Part shown: in pieces, positions 8,737 to 17,267 of the stretch
Position numbering within the stretch: the stretch's first letter is position 1
How the letters are laid out: the number at the start of each line of letters is the position of its first letter
NCBI GenBank assembly: GCA_965613205.1
Contig: CBFDVE010000001.1
Location: forward strand, 1 to 25,984
Direction of reading: 5' to 3'
Length of the DNA: 25,984 nucleotides
Source of the DNA: an uncultured Rhodospirillaceae bacterium
GTDB lineage: Bacteria; Pseudomonadota; Alphaproteobacteria; Rhodospirillales; JABHCV01
Translations under genes and position numbers: made by a program
Notes under the pieces: generated by a model
Told to the model about the DNA's origin: nothing
The model's input: only the letters and a program-made list of their open reading frames with translations
Databases searched by the model: none

Positions 8737-10190
8737 TATTTCGGCCTTTTTGGAACGCCGACAGGCGGGGCAATGGTGCGCATACTGTCGCCGTATTCGC
8801 CGCCGCTGGCGATCACATCATCGATTGACCGGACCGACTGTTGATGACCGCCCAGATCCAGGTAATCGCCCCGCGCCACGGTGAATTCCAGGGGGGCGAC
8901 GATGGCCGGGGTCGGCACATAGCCGAACGAATTGTCGGGCATGTCGGCGACATCGACCATCAGGGTAATACCGCCGCCGGGCCAGATGTAGGCGGGCGCG
9001 CCGCCGCAGGTCACCCGAGTATTCTTTTTTTGCACGGACCGGGTCAGTTTGACCGGATTGCGGGTCGCCCCGGACCGCAAGGAGCCCCCGGCCCCGGCCA
9101 TGAACAACACGGTGCACAGGGAAGGTTCGCAGTTTTCCGAGATCAGATCGACTGACGCCCTGAGGTGTTCCGGTAAGTCCTGCAATAGGGGCACCAGATT
9201 GTCGTCGAGAACATAGTAGCTAAATTGCTCGCCGGTGGTTGATACCATCAACAGGCTCAGTCCGGGCCGGGCCCCTTTTTTAGCGTTCCAGGGGCCGAGA
9301 ATAACCAGCGGGTCTTCAATATCCGTGCCGCCCCAGCCCAGGCCCGGTTCGGCCACCCTGAAATAGCGGCCCGGTGTCGATCGCCGACCGAGAATTTTAA
9401 TACCGGTCGGCTGCCAGCCCAGCACCTTGCCCGCCTGGTGTTCGGAAACCACGCCGGTGATATGATCATCAACGACGACCACTTCATCGACCAGCCCCAA
9501 CCACTGAGACGCAAACATGCCGATGGTCGCCGAGCCGCAGCCGACCCGCATTCGGTGTTCCTGTTGGCCATCGACAATGGGCGCCTGGCCGGCCTCAACG
9601 ATAACGCTGGTGCCGCCATCAATGGTCAGTTCAACCGGTCGCTTGTTGCACAGATCCATCAGGGTTTTACACGTGGTATCGCCTTCCGCTCTGGAACCGC
9701 CGGTCAGATGATCGACGCCGCCGAGGGACAGCATTTGCGAGCCATACTCGCTGGTCATGATATGGCCGACGGCCTCACCAAAGGCGCGGACCGTGGCCCC
9801 TTCGTGACCCAGATGCCGGTCCGTATCGATTTTGATTTTAACGCCGCAGTAGGAATAAATGGCCTCGGTGACCACGGTGACAAAATCGACCCCGCCTAAA
9901 TCGCGGCTGACAATAAAGGGGGCCGGTTTGTAATCGGGATAGGTGGTTCCGGCGCCAACGGCAGTAACAAAAACATCCCGGCCCGCGACCACCCGGCCAT
10001 CCCAGGTGGATTTCAGAAACGGCACCACTTCGCCACCTTTTTCCAGGGTCTGGTCGAGGATGGTCAGGGGATCGCAGCGGATGATCTTGCCTTTTTCGTT
10101 GGCGTAGCGATCGCACGCCCCGGCCCGGCCCTCGGCCACATAGCACATTACCGGGCAGGCATCGCAACGGACTTTTTCGCCCGCACTCAT
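8736..10190 (-). CDS. hnr: 6-hydroxynicotinate reductase (Fe-S flavoprotein), 484 aa
   Basis: N-terminal CDACPVMC-x9-C cluster motif, plus GAGTTYPDYKPAPFI, MRVGCGSATIG and WPGGGIT; lies directly after the Mo hydroxylase (ATGA overlap). Confidence 0.88.
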   Translation of the reverse strand: MSAGEKVRCDACPVMCYVAEGRAGACDRYANEKGKIIRCDPLTILDQTLEKGGEVVPFLKSTWDGRVVAGRDVFVTAVGAGTTYPDYKPAPFIVSRDLGGVDFVTVVTEAIYSYCGVKIKIDTDRHLGHEGATVRAFGEAVGHIMTSEYGSQMLSLGGVDHLTGGSRAEGDTTCKTLMDLCNKRPVELTIDGGTSVIVEAGQAPIVDGQQEHRMRVGCGSATIGMFASQWLGLVDEVVVVDDHITGVVSEHQAGKVLGWQPTGIKILGRRSTPGRYFRVAEPGLGWGGTDIEDPLVILGPWNAKKGARPGLSLLMVSTTGEQFSYYVLDDNLVPLLQDLPEHLRASVDLISENCEPSLCTVLFMAGAGGSLRSGATRNPVKLTRSVQKKNTRVTCGGAPAYIWPGGGITLMVDVADMPDNSFGYVPTPAIVAPLEFTVARGDYLDLGGHQQSVRSIDDVIASGGEYGDSMRTIAPPVGVPKRPK

Positions 10191-12901
10191 GACCGCGCCT
10201 CGGCTAATTTGATGGCCGCCAATACCCGGTGGGGCACGGCGGGCAATCTCTCTATTCTGGCCCCGCAGGCGTCGGTGATGGCGTTGAGAATGGCCGGGGC
10301 GGTGGGGATCAGAACATGCTCGCCCAGGCCCTTGGCCCCCATGGGGCCTTCCGGGTCGGGCACTTCGATCAGGATCGACTGCACATGGGGCATGTCGCCG
10401 ACCGTCGGGATCAGGTAGTCGTGCAGGTTTTCCGTGCGGCCCGGTATATATTCTTCCATCAGGGCCATGCCCAGCCCTTGTGCCACGCCGCCTTCGATTT
10501 GCCCTTCCGACAGCAACGGGTTGATCACCCGGCCCAGATCATGGGCGGCGGTGACGCGGGTGACCTTGACCGTGCCAAGCACCGTATCGACTTCAATTTC
10601 AGCCAGTTGCGCACCGTAGCCATAGACGGCATAAGGGATGCCCTGACCGTTTTCATCGAGCGCCGAGGTGGGCGGGTCATAGGTTTCTTGCGCCCACAGA
10701 ACGTAGCCGTTGGCTTGCACCGGCAAGTTCAACAGATCGATTTCCCGCTCCGCCTCGCCGTCACTGATCAGCAGTCGCCCACTTTCCAGGTTCAGCCGGG
10801 CTTTCGGCCCTGAATTGCTTTCCCGCAAGATAGTCTGCCGCAATGAGAGGCCGGCCCGTTCCGCCGCCTTGCCGGTGATGAAGGTCTGGCGCGAGGCCGA
10901 TGTCTTGCCGCAATCGGGAGTCAGGGCGGTATCCGGGCCGATCAGCGAGAAGCTTTCAATAGCCATGCCAAGGGCATCGGCACATATCTGGGTGATCACC
11001 GTGTTGGCGCCCTGGCCGATATCCGTCGCCCCCTGGTGCAGACACAACCGGCCTGTCGCCGTAATGCCCAGCCGTACGGTTGATGGGTTCGGCAGCGCCG
11101 TATTGCCGCAGCCATACCAGCACGAGGCCACGCCGATACCCTTTTTCGTGGTTGCCGATGTGGCATTGAATTTTTCGATTTCGCTGTTTGCCTCCTGCCA
11201 TCTGGGGATCAGGGCGTCCAGGCAATCGCCGATACCAACGCCCTGCAAGGTTTGACCACAGACCGTGCTGTCGCCATTTCCGAGGGCGTTGAGGCGGCGA
11301 AATTCGAGCCGGTCCATGTCACAGGCGGCGGCCAGATCATCATAAATCATTTCCTGCAAGATTGCCGCCTGGGGTACACCGAAGCCGCGAAAGGCCCCGG
11401 ACACCGGGCCGTTGGTGTGCAAGGCGCGGGTCTCTGCCCGGTAATGAGGCGTCAGGTAAGGGCCTGAGGCATGGACTGGCACCCGGTTGGCCACGGTCGG
11501 CCCCCAACTGGCATAGGCACCGGTGTTGAAATCGCCATCAAACTCCATGCCGGTGATGCGACCGTTCTCGTCCGTGCCAATACGGGCCGACATTCTGCCC
11601 GGATGGCGCTTGGTGGTCGAGGCCATCGATTCCGCCCGGCTGTAAACCATGCGACAGGGTTTGCCCGTTTTCAGGGCCGCCAAACCGATAAGGGGTTGCA
11701 GGGAAACATCCAGCTTGGAGCCGAAGCCACCGCCTGTGGCGGCTGGAATAATGCGCACTTTATCCGGCGGCAGGGCCATCATGGCGGCGGTATCGTCCCG
11801 GTCCATGATCGGTGCCTGGGTACAGGCCTGAATGACCAGGGTGTCGCCATCGAGCCAGGCGCAACCGGCTTCCGGCTCGATATAGGCGTGTTCCACATAG
11901 GCGGTTTCGACCGAACGCTCGATAACGTGAGCCGACCCATCGAGCGCCCCGGCGGCGTCGCCGCTGACCACCCGGCCCCGAACCAGAATGTTGCCGGGCC
12001 TGCTGTCATGCAGTTGAGGGGAGTCTTCGGCCTGGGTCATGTCCAGGTTTTCAGGTAACGGTGTCCAGGTGACAGGAAAATTATCCAGATTTAATACCGA
12101 GACGGCGGCGGCGTCACCGACCACCAGGGCCACCGCCTCGCCACGAAACAGGGCGACTTTTTCGGCCAGGGCCGGTTGGTCGGCATAGGGCGGAATGACC
12201 CCGAAACAATTCCTGCCGGGGATATCCCTGGCCGTCAGCACGACCTCCACGCCCGGCGTATGCCGGCCCCACTGATCGAGATCACCGAAGCTGAATTGGC
12301 CGTGGTGATGGGGCGAGCGAACGGCCCGCACCAGCAGGGCATTGGCGGGCCAGTGATCGGCCCCGAATATTTCTGAGCCGTCTATTTTTGCCCTGCCGTC
12401 CAGCCGCTCAACTGGGGCACCGACGGCATTTCCGGCGGCCGGCAGGATCGCCTGGGGGTGACTATTGCCGGCATCAACAACGGCATCGACTATTTTTTGA
12501 TAGCCGGTACAGCGACACAGCACGCCGCCCAGGGCATCCGCCACCTGGGCCCGGCTGGGCGTTGGATGGGTCGCCAGCAGGGCGCTCGCCGCCATCAACA
12601 TTCCCGGTGTGCAAATACCGCATTGGGCCGCCCCGTGCCGGGCCAGTGACTCCTGCAAGGGAGATAATCCGTCTTGCGACAATCCTTCGACGGTCACGAC
12701 TGTGCGATCTACGGCCTGGGCCGCCGGTGTCAGGCAGGCATAGACGGCCTGGCCATCGATCATGACGGTGCAGGCACCGCAATCCCCGGCGTTGCAGCCG
12801 ACCTTGGTGCCGCGCAGGTCGAGATTTTCGCGCAGGAAATTACTGAGCCGCTGGCCCGGTGCGGTGATGGCGACCGATTTTCCGTTGACGGTGGTTTTCA
12901 T
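10187..12901 (-). CDS. Xanthine-oxidase-family Mo hydroxylase with fused 2x[2Fe-2S] and Moco domains; probable nicotinate dehydrogenase catalytic subunit (NdhS+L+M fusion), 904 aa
   Basis: Fe-S motifs GCNAGDCGAC, QCGICTPG and CRCTGY; Moco motifs GGGFGSK, GAFRGFG, GQG and KGLGE. Segment GVASCWYGCGNTALPNP resembles, from memory, the N-terminus of Eubacterium barkeri NdhM; adjacent to hnr. Confidence 0.85.
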   Translation of the reverse strand: MKTTVNGKSVAITAPGQRLSNFLRENLDLRGTKVGCNAGDCGACTVMIDGQAVYACLTPAAQAVDRTVVTVEGLSQDGLSPLQESLARHGAAQCGICTPGMLMAASALLATHPTPSRAQVADALGGVLCRCTGYQKIVDAVVDAGNSHPQAILPAAGNAVGAPVERLDGRAKIDGSEIFGADHWPANALLVRAVRSPHHHGQFSFGDLDQWGRHTPGVEVVLTARDIPGRNCFGVIPPYADQPALAEKVALFRGEAVALVVGDAAAVSVLNLDNFPVTWTPLPENLDMTQAEDSPQLHDSRPGNILVRGRVVSGDAAGALDGSAHVIERSVETAYVEHAYIEPEAGCAWLDGDTLVIQACTQAPIMDRDDTAAMMALPPDKVRIIPAATGGGFGSKLDVSLQPLIGLAALKTGKPCRMVYSRAESMASTTKRHPGRMSARIGTDENGRITGMEFDGDFNTGAYASWGPTVANRVPVHASGPYLTPHYRAETRALHTNGPVSGAFRGFGVPQAAILQEMIYDDLAAACDMDRLEFRRLNALGNGDSTVCGQTLQGVGIGDCLDALIPRWQEANSEIEKFNATSATTKKGIGVASCWYGCGNTALPNPSTVRLGITATGRLCLHQGATDIGQGANTVITQICADALGMAIESFSLIGPDTALTPDCGKTSASRQTFITGKAAERAGLSLRQTILRESNSGPKARLNLESGRLLISDGEAEREIDLLNLPVQANGYVLWAQETYDPPTSALDENGQGIPYAVYGYGAQLAEIEVDTVLGTVKVTRVTAAHDLGRVINPLLSEGQIEGGVAQGLGMALMEEYIPGRTENLHDYLIPTVGDMPHVQSILIEVPDPEGPMGAKGLGEHVLIPTAPAILNAITDACGARIERLPAVPHRVLAAIKLAEARS

Positions 12902-13731
12902 GGACCTGGTTCCAGGGCCTGGGCGATTACACGGCGGACAATTTCGACCGCCGCGCTGCGTCGATAATCGGCAGTGGCGCGAATATCGTCGATCGGCGAG
13001 AGCGGCCCATTGACCAGGTTTTCGGCAATCTGAAATGATCCGATTTGTTGGCCGATCAGCGCGGTTTCAAGGTCGTTCAGGCGCACGGCCACCGGGCTAC
13101 AGGAGCCGACCGAGATGGCGATATCTTCGATCAACCCGTCATTTTCGACCAGCCGCACGGCGGCCATGACGATGGAAATGACCAGGTATTTGCGCGACCC
13201 CAGCTTGATAAAACCCGACCTGCCCCGTGCCCCGGTTTCGGGCACCACAATGGCGCTGAGCAATTCATCATCACGCAAAACCGTCTGCCGGGGTCCGGTC
13301 AAAAAGTCAGCCAAAGGCAGGGTGCGGGTTGCGGCTTGTGAGCACAGCTCAACCGAGGCTTCAAGGGTCAACAACACCGGCACCCCATCGGCGGCGGGGG
13401 AGGCGTTGCACAAATTTCCGGCCAAAGTGGCGGCGTTCTGAATTTGCCGGGAGCCGATTTCCCGGGCACACAGCTTCAGGCCATCGAAGGCGGCGGGCAG
13501 TTTTTCGTTGATGATATCGGTCCAGGTGGTGGCCCCGCCAATGCGCCAGCCTTCGGCGGTCTGGCTGATGCCGCGCAGTTCTTGAATGGCCGTAATATCC
13601 AGCACCGAACCTTGCAAAACCGGGGCCGTTGTCGCCGCATAGATATCGGTGCCACCGGCGACCACCTGATGATGCTGTCGGGCGATTAAATCCAGCGCGT
13701 CTGATAAACTGTCGGGGCGTGAATAGGTCAA
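12898..13731 (-). CDS. FAD-binding subunit of the Mo hydroxylase (NdhF/CoxM-like), 277 aa
   Basis: Motifs VAGGTD, IGSRQIQNAATLAGNLCNASPAAD and SPIDDIRATADYR; TTG start; ATGA overlap with the Mo subunit. Confidence 0.9.
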   Translation of the reverse strand: MTYSRPDSLSDALDLIARQHHQVVAGGTDIYAATTAPVLQGSVLDITAIQELRGISQTAEGWRIGGATTWTDIINEKLPAAFDGLKLCAREIGSRQIQNAATLAGNLCNASPAADGVPVLLTLEASVELCSQAATRTLPLADFLTGPRQTVLRDDELLSAIVVPETGARGRSGFIKLGSRKYLVISIVMAAVRLVENDGLIEDIAISVGSCSPVAVRLNDLETALIGQQIGSFQIAENLVNGPLSPIDDIRATADYRRSAAVEIVRRVIAQALEPGP

Positions 13732-13741
13732 GGAGCACCCA

Positions 13742-13765
13742 ATTATTCATTCGTACACAAATGGA
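13742..13765. promoter_or_regulatory. Operator site 1 (probable NicR-like MarR box)
   Basis: Minus strand TCCATTTGTGTACGAATGAATAAT, 21/24 identical to 19687-19710; starts at the last base of the ndhF -10 box and covers the predicted start site. Confidence 0.7.
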
Positions 13766-13793
13766 TTTTGCGACGGCACTCATTTCGTGTCAA
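13765..13793 (-). promoter_or_regulatory. Sigma70 promoter of the ndhF-ndh-hnr operon
   Basis: Perfect TTGACA (13793-13788), 17-nt spacer, CAAAAT (13770-13765). Confidence 0.7.
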
Positions 13794-13812
13794 CATCCAT
13801 TATATCTGCTAT

Positions 13813-14271
13813 ATGGCATCCATGAACGGCAAACCGGAGAGACAAGATTTGGCCAACAAGACCAACGCCTATCGGCTCAACGATCAGGTTGGATTTATCC
13901 TGCGCCGGGCAACACAAAGGCATCTGGCGATTTTCGCCAACCATATCGGTGATTTGACCTCGACCCAGTTTGCCGCCCTGGCCAAATTGCACGAAATCGG
14001 CCCGGTATCGCAAAACGAACTGGGCCGCCAGACCGCCATGGACGGGGCCACCATCAAGGGCGTCATCGACCGGCTGCGTAAACGAGGGTACGTGGAATCA
14101 AGGTCAGATGCTAACGACCGGCGGCGCATCTTCGTCGAACTGAACCCGGCCGGGCACAAGATTTACCAGGATTGCGTCGATGCCGCCCACGAGATTTCAG
14201 GCAAGACCCTGGCCCCCTTAACTGCCAGGGAAAGCGAGACTTTTCTCAATTTGCTCAGGAAAATCACCTAA
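13813..14271 (+). CDS. nicR: MarR-family regulator, NicR/BpsR-like
   Basis: YRLNDQVGFILRRATQRHLAIF...LTSTQFAAL...SQNELGRQTAMDGATIKGVIDRL...DRRR; divergent from the ndh operon. Start at ATG 13813 or 13822, no SD seen. Confidence 0.8.
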   Translation: MASMNGKPERQDLANKTNAYRLNDQVGFILRRATQRHLAIFANHIGDLTSTQFAALAKLHEIGPVSQNELGRQTAMDGATIKGVIDRLRKRGYVESRSDANDRRRIFVELNPAGHKIYQDCVDAAHEISGKTLAPLTARESETFLNLLRKIT

Positions 14272-14282
14272 GGAAAACGATT

Positions 14283-14909
14283 ATGAATAGCGAAAATACG
14301 GCGCTTCTGATGATCGACATTCAAAATGACTTCTGCCCCGGCGGTGCCCTGGCGGTGGCCGATGGCGACGCTGTGGTGCCCGTGACCAACCGCTTGCAGG
14401 ATCATTTCCCGGTCCGCGTACTGACCCAGGACTGGCACCCGGCGGATCATTCTTCTTTTGCCGCCAATCACTTGAACACCGAGCCCTTTTCCGTCATGGC
14501 CATGTCCTACGGCGATCAGGTGTTGTGGCCCAACCACTGCGTTCAGGGCAGTTCCGGTGCGCAATTTCACCGTAATCTGGTTACCGAGACCGCCCACATA
14601 GTTGTCCGCAAGGGCTATAATTCCACTATTGACAGCTATTCCGCATTTTTCGAAAACGACCACAAAACCAAAACCGGCCTGGCCGGATTGCTGAACGACC
14701 TGGGGATTGAAAGTGTTGTCCTGACCGGCCTGGCGATGGATTTTTGCGTCTGCTACACGGCCCTGGATGCGGTCGATCTGGGCTTTGGTGTGACCCTGGT
14801 TAGCGATGGGTGCCGGGCTATCGATCTGGACGGGTCCCTGGACGGGGCGATGAAATCCATGACTGATCGAGGCGTCACCTTCGCCACCAGCGCCGAGTTG
14901 CTGGCCTAA
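14283..14909 (+). CDS. pncA: Nicotinamidase/pyrazinamidase, 208 aa
   Basis: Motifs IDIQNDF, QDWH, WPNHC, RKG and GLAMDFCV; AAGGA SD 11 nt after the nicR stop region. Confidence 0.93.
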   Translation: MNSENTALLMIDIQNDFCPGGALAVADGDAVVPVTNRLQDHFPVRVLTQDWHPADHSSFAANHLNTEPFSVMAMSYGDQVLWPNHCVQGSSGAQFHRNLVTETAHIVVRKGYNSTIDSYSAFFENDHKTKTGLAGLLNDLGIESVVLTGLAMDFCVCYTALDAVDLGFGVTLVSDGCRAIDLDGSLDGAMKSMTDRGVTFATSAELLA

Positions 14910-15613
14910 ACGCCGATGTAATGGGCCAGCAGGGCCGGATCTTTTTCCAGCACGCGGGCGTCAATGTTTTCTCTGGCATAGCCGTTTTCGATAAAGGCCA
15001 CCCGGTCGGCGATGGACAGCACCGCATCGACCCGTTGTTCGACCAGCACCACGGCGACTCCTTCAGATTTCATCTGCACAATGACCCGGCGAATTTGCTC
15101 GATCATGGACGGCTGCAAACCTTCCGTCGGTTCGTCCAGCAGCAACACGCGGGGTTCGATGCAGAGCGCCCGTGCGGTCGCCAGCATCTGCTGCTCACCA
15201 CCTGATAACGTCCACGCCTGTTGATCCAGGCGCTGGCGCAACAAGGGGAATATATCGAGCACCCGGTCGCGGGTCTTGGCCTCTTGTTTGATTCCTCGAC
15301 CCCGCACCATCAGGCCAATTTCCATATTTTCCGCCACCGTCAGTTCGGCGAACAACCGCCGCCCCTGGGGGATATAACCGATGCCCTTGCCGGGCACCCG
15401 GTCGGCCGGCAAGGCGCTGATCTGCTCCCCATCCAGGAATATGCCGCCGCCGCGCACCGGCAGCAGCCCCATGATGGCCTTCATGATGGTGGTTTTGCCC
15501 GCCCCATTGCGCCCCAGCAGGCACAATATTTCCCCCGCATTAACCGACAAAGACAGGCCGTACAGGGCCTGAGCCTTGCCGTAATAGACATCGATATCGC
15601 GCACTTCCAGCAT
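14906..15613 (-). CDS. livF: Liv-type ABC transporter ATP-binding protein (LivF-like)
   Basis: Walker A GRNGAGKT, signature LSGGEQQ, Walker B LLLDEP; ATG 15613 in a TGATG overlap. Confidence 0.92.
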   Translation of the reverse strand: MLEVRDIDVYYGKAQALYGLSLSVNAGEILCLLGRNGAGKTTIMKAIMGLLPVRGGGIFLDGEQISALPADRVPGKGIGYIPQGRRLFAELTVAENMEIGLMVRGRGIKQEAKTRDRVLDIFPLLRQRLDQQAWTLSGGEQQMLATARALCIEPRVLLLDEPTEGLQPSMIEQIRRVIVQMKSEGVAVVLVEQRVDAVLSIADRVAFIENGYARENIDARVLEKDPALLAHYIGV

Positions 15614-16326
15614 CAACGGGTCCCCAGATAGGCGGCCTGAACATCGCCGTTGGCATGAATTTCGTCTGGTTTGCCCTCGGCCAGGATTTCACCAAAATTG
15701 AGCACGCTAATGTAGTCGGCGGTCTGCATGACCACGTTCATATTGTGTTCGATCAGCAAAATGGTGGTTTCGTGGGCGATGGAGCGGACCAGGGTGACGA
15801 AATCTTCAATTTCGCTGTCGGCCAGGCCCTGGGTCGGTTCATCCAGGATCAACAGGCGCGGTTTCTGGCCCAGGCCCATGGCGATTTCCAGCAACCGCTG
15901 GTGGCCGTAGCTTAAATCACCGGCGATCTGGCTGACCCGGTCGGCCATACCGACGGCGTCAAGGGCGGCGATCACCTGGGCATCGATGGCCGCCCGGTCA
16001 TTGCCCAGTCGCCGCTGCACGGCCAGGGCGACATTTTCGTGGCACGACAACCTGGCGAAAATGGATGTGATCTGGAAAGTGTAGGCCATGCCCATGGCAA
16101 TTCGATCATGGGCGGCCAGGGCGGTGACATCTTCGCCCAAAAACGTGACCCGCCCTTCCGACGCCGCAATGCGACCGCAGAGCAAATTGACGAAGGTGGT
16201 TTTACCCGCCCCGTTGGGTCCGATCAAGGCCCTGATCTGGCCTTCGGGTAAATCAAAGTCAACATCGTGGACCGCCTTCAAGCCGCCGAAGTTGCGGCCG
16301 AGGCCTGTTGTCGAGATCAGGTTCAT
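15613..16326 (-). CDS. livG: Liv-type ABC transporter ATP-binding protein (LivG-like)
   Basis: Motifs GPNGAGKT, LSYGHQR, ILDEP and IEHNM; ATG 16326 in an ATGA overlap. Confidence 0.92.
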   Translation of the reverse strand: MNLISTTGLGRNFGGLKAVHDVDFDLPEGQIRALIGPNGAGKTTFVNLLCGRIAASEGRVTFLGEDVTALAAHDRIAMGMAYTFQITSIFARLSCHENVALAVQRRLGNDRAAIDAQVIAALDAVGMADRVSQIAGDLSYGHQRLLEIAMGLGQKPRLLILDEPTQGLADSEIEDFVTLVRSIAHETTILLIEHNMNVVMQTADYISVLNFGEILAEGKPDEIHANGDVQAAYLGTR

Positions 16327-17267
16327 GGCAGCCATGGCGCCAGCCTTTTACGCACCTCACCGACCAGCCCCTGGCGGGCGAACAGGGTCAGCAAGACCAG
16401 GGCGACCCCGGCGATCAGCATGTAGGCGCTGGTAACGGCGCTGGAAAGATCAATCAGATAGAACATGAACAGCACACCCATGAACGGCCCCAGCGTGGTT
16501 CCGGCCCCGCCCAGCAAGACCCACAGCAGGGGAAAGATCGAATATTCGACGGTGGCGAAGGTCGCCCCGGCATAGCCGAACAGCAGCCCGTAGGTGGCCC
16601 CGGCGGCACCGGATATAACGCCGGAAAGAATAACCGCGATCAGCTTGTGGCGGAACACATTGAAACCCAACATGCGGACCCGGTCTTCGTTTTCCCGGAT
16701 TGCTACCAGCACCCGGCCCAGGTTGGAGCGCACCAGCACCAGCGAAATGATCAGGCAGGTGCCGAACAGGACCAGGGCGGCATAGTAGCGTGAGACGGGA
16801 TCGGAAAGGTCAATACCGGCAAAGACCCGCTGGCTTTGCTGAATGACAAATCCTTCGTCGCCCCGGGTGTATTGACCGAACAGCAGCACCGTCAGATAAC
16901 CGGCCTGGGCGAACATCAGGGTGACGATCATAAAAGCGACACCGGTCGTGCGCAGGGCCAGAAACCCGACCACCGAAGTCACCACCAAAGCGGCCAGCAG
17001 TCCGGCCAGCAAGGCCGGTCCCGGCGAAAGCCCTAGAAACTGGATCGACAACCCCATGCCGTACATGCCGCTGGCGAAAAACAGCGCGTGGCCGAGGCTG
17101 AGCAATCCGGTGTAGCCAAACAGGATGTTGTAGCCAATGGCATAGGACGCCAGCACCATAATGCGGGCCAGATTGCCATGGTGATAGGCGGGCAGGACCG
17201 ATTGCAAGGCGAACAAGACGATAATCACGCCGCCATGCAAGAGCCAGGATTTTGCCCCGTCGGTCAT
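16323..17267 (-). CDS. livM: Liv-type ABC transporter permease (LivM-like), 314 aa
   Basis: Motifs GYTGLLSLGHALFF, AIRENEDR and LLGGAGT with multiple hydrophobic helices. Start at ATG 17267 (ATGA overlap), not the ORF-track start at 17984. Confidence 0.9.
   Translation of the reverse strand: MTDGAKSWLLHGGVIIVLFALQSVLPAYHHGNLARIMVLASYAIGYNILFGYTGLLSLGHALFFASGMYGMGLSIQFLGLSPGPALLAGLLAALVVTSVVGFLALRTTGVAFMIVTLMFAQAGYLTVLLFGQYTRGDEGFVIQQSQRVFAGIDLSDPVSRYYAALVLFGTCLIISLVLVRSNLGRVLVAIRENEDRVRMLGFNVFRHKLIAVILSGVISGAAGATYGLLFGYAGATFATVEYSIFPLLWVLLGGAGTTLGPFMGVLFMFYLIDLSSAVTSAYMLIAGVALVLLTLFARQGLVGEVRKRLAPWLP

Noticed and set aside
10187-12901. CO dehydrogenase (CoxL) or true xanthine dehydrogenase
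   Set aside because: It has GAFRGFG rather than the CoxL AYxCSFR motif, and the context (hnr, pncA, nicR) points to nicotinate with no purine genes nearby. Substrate is still unproven.
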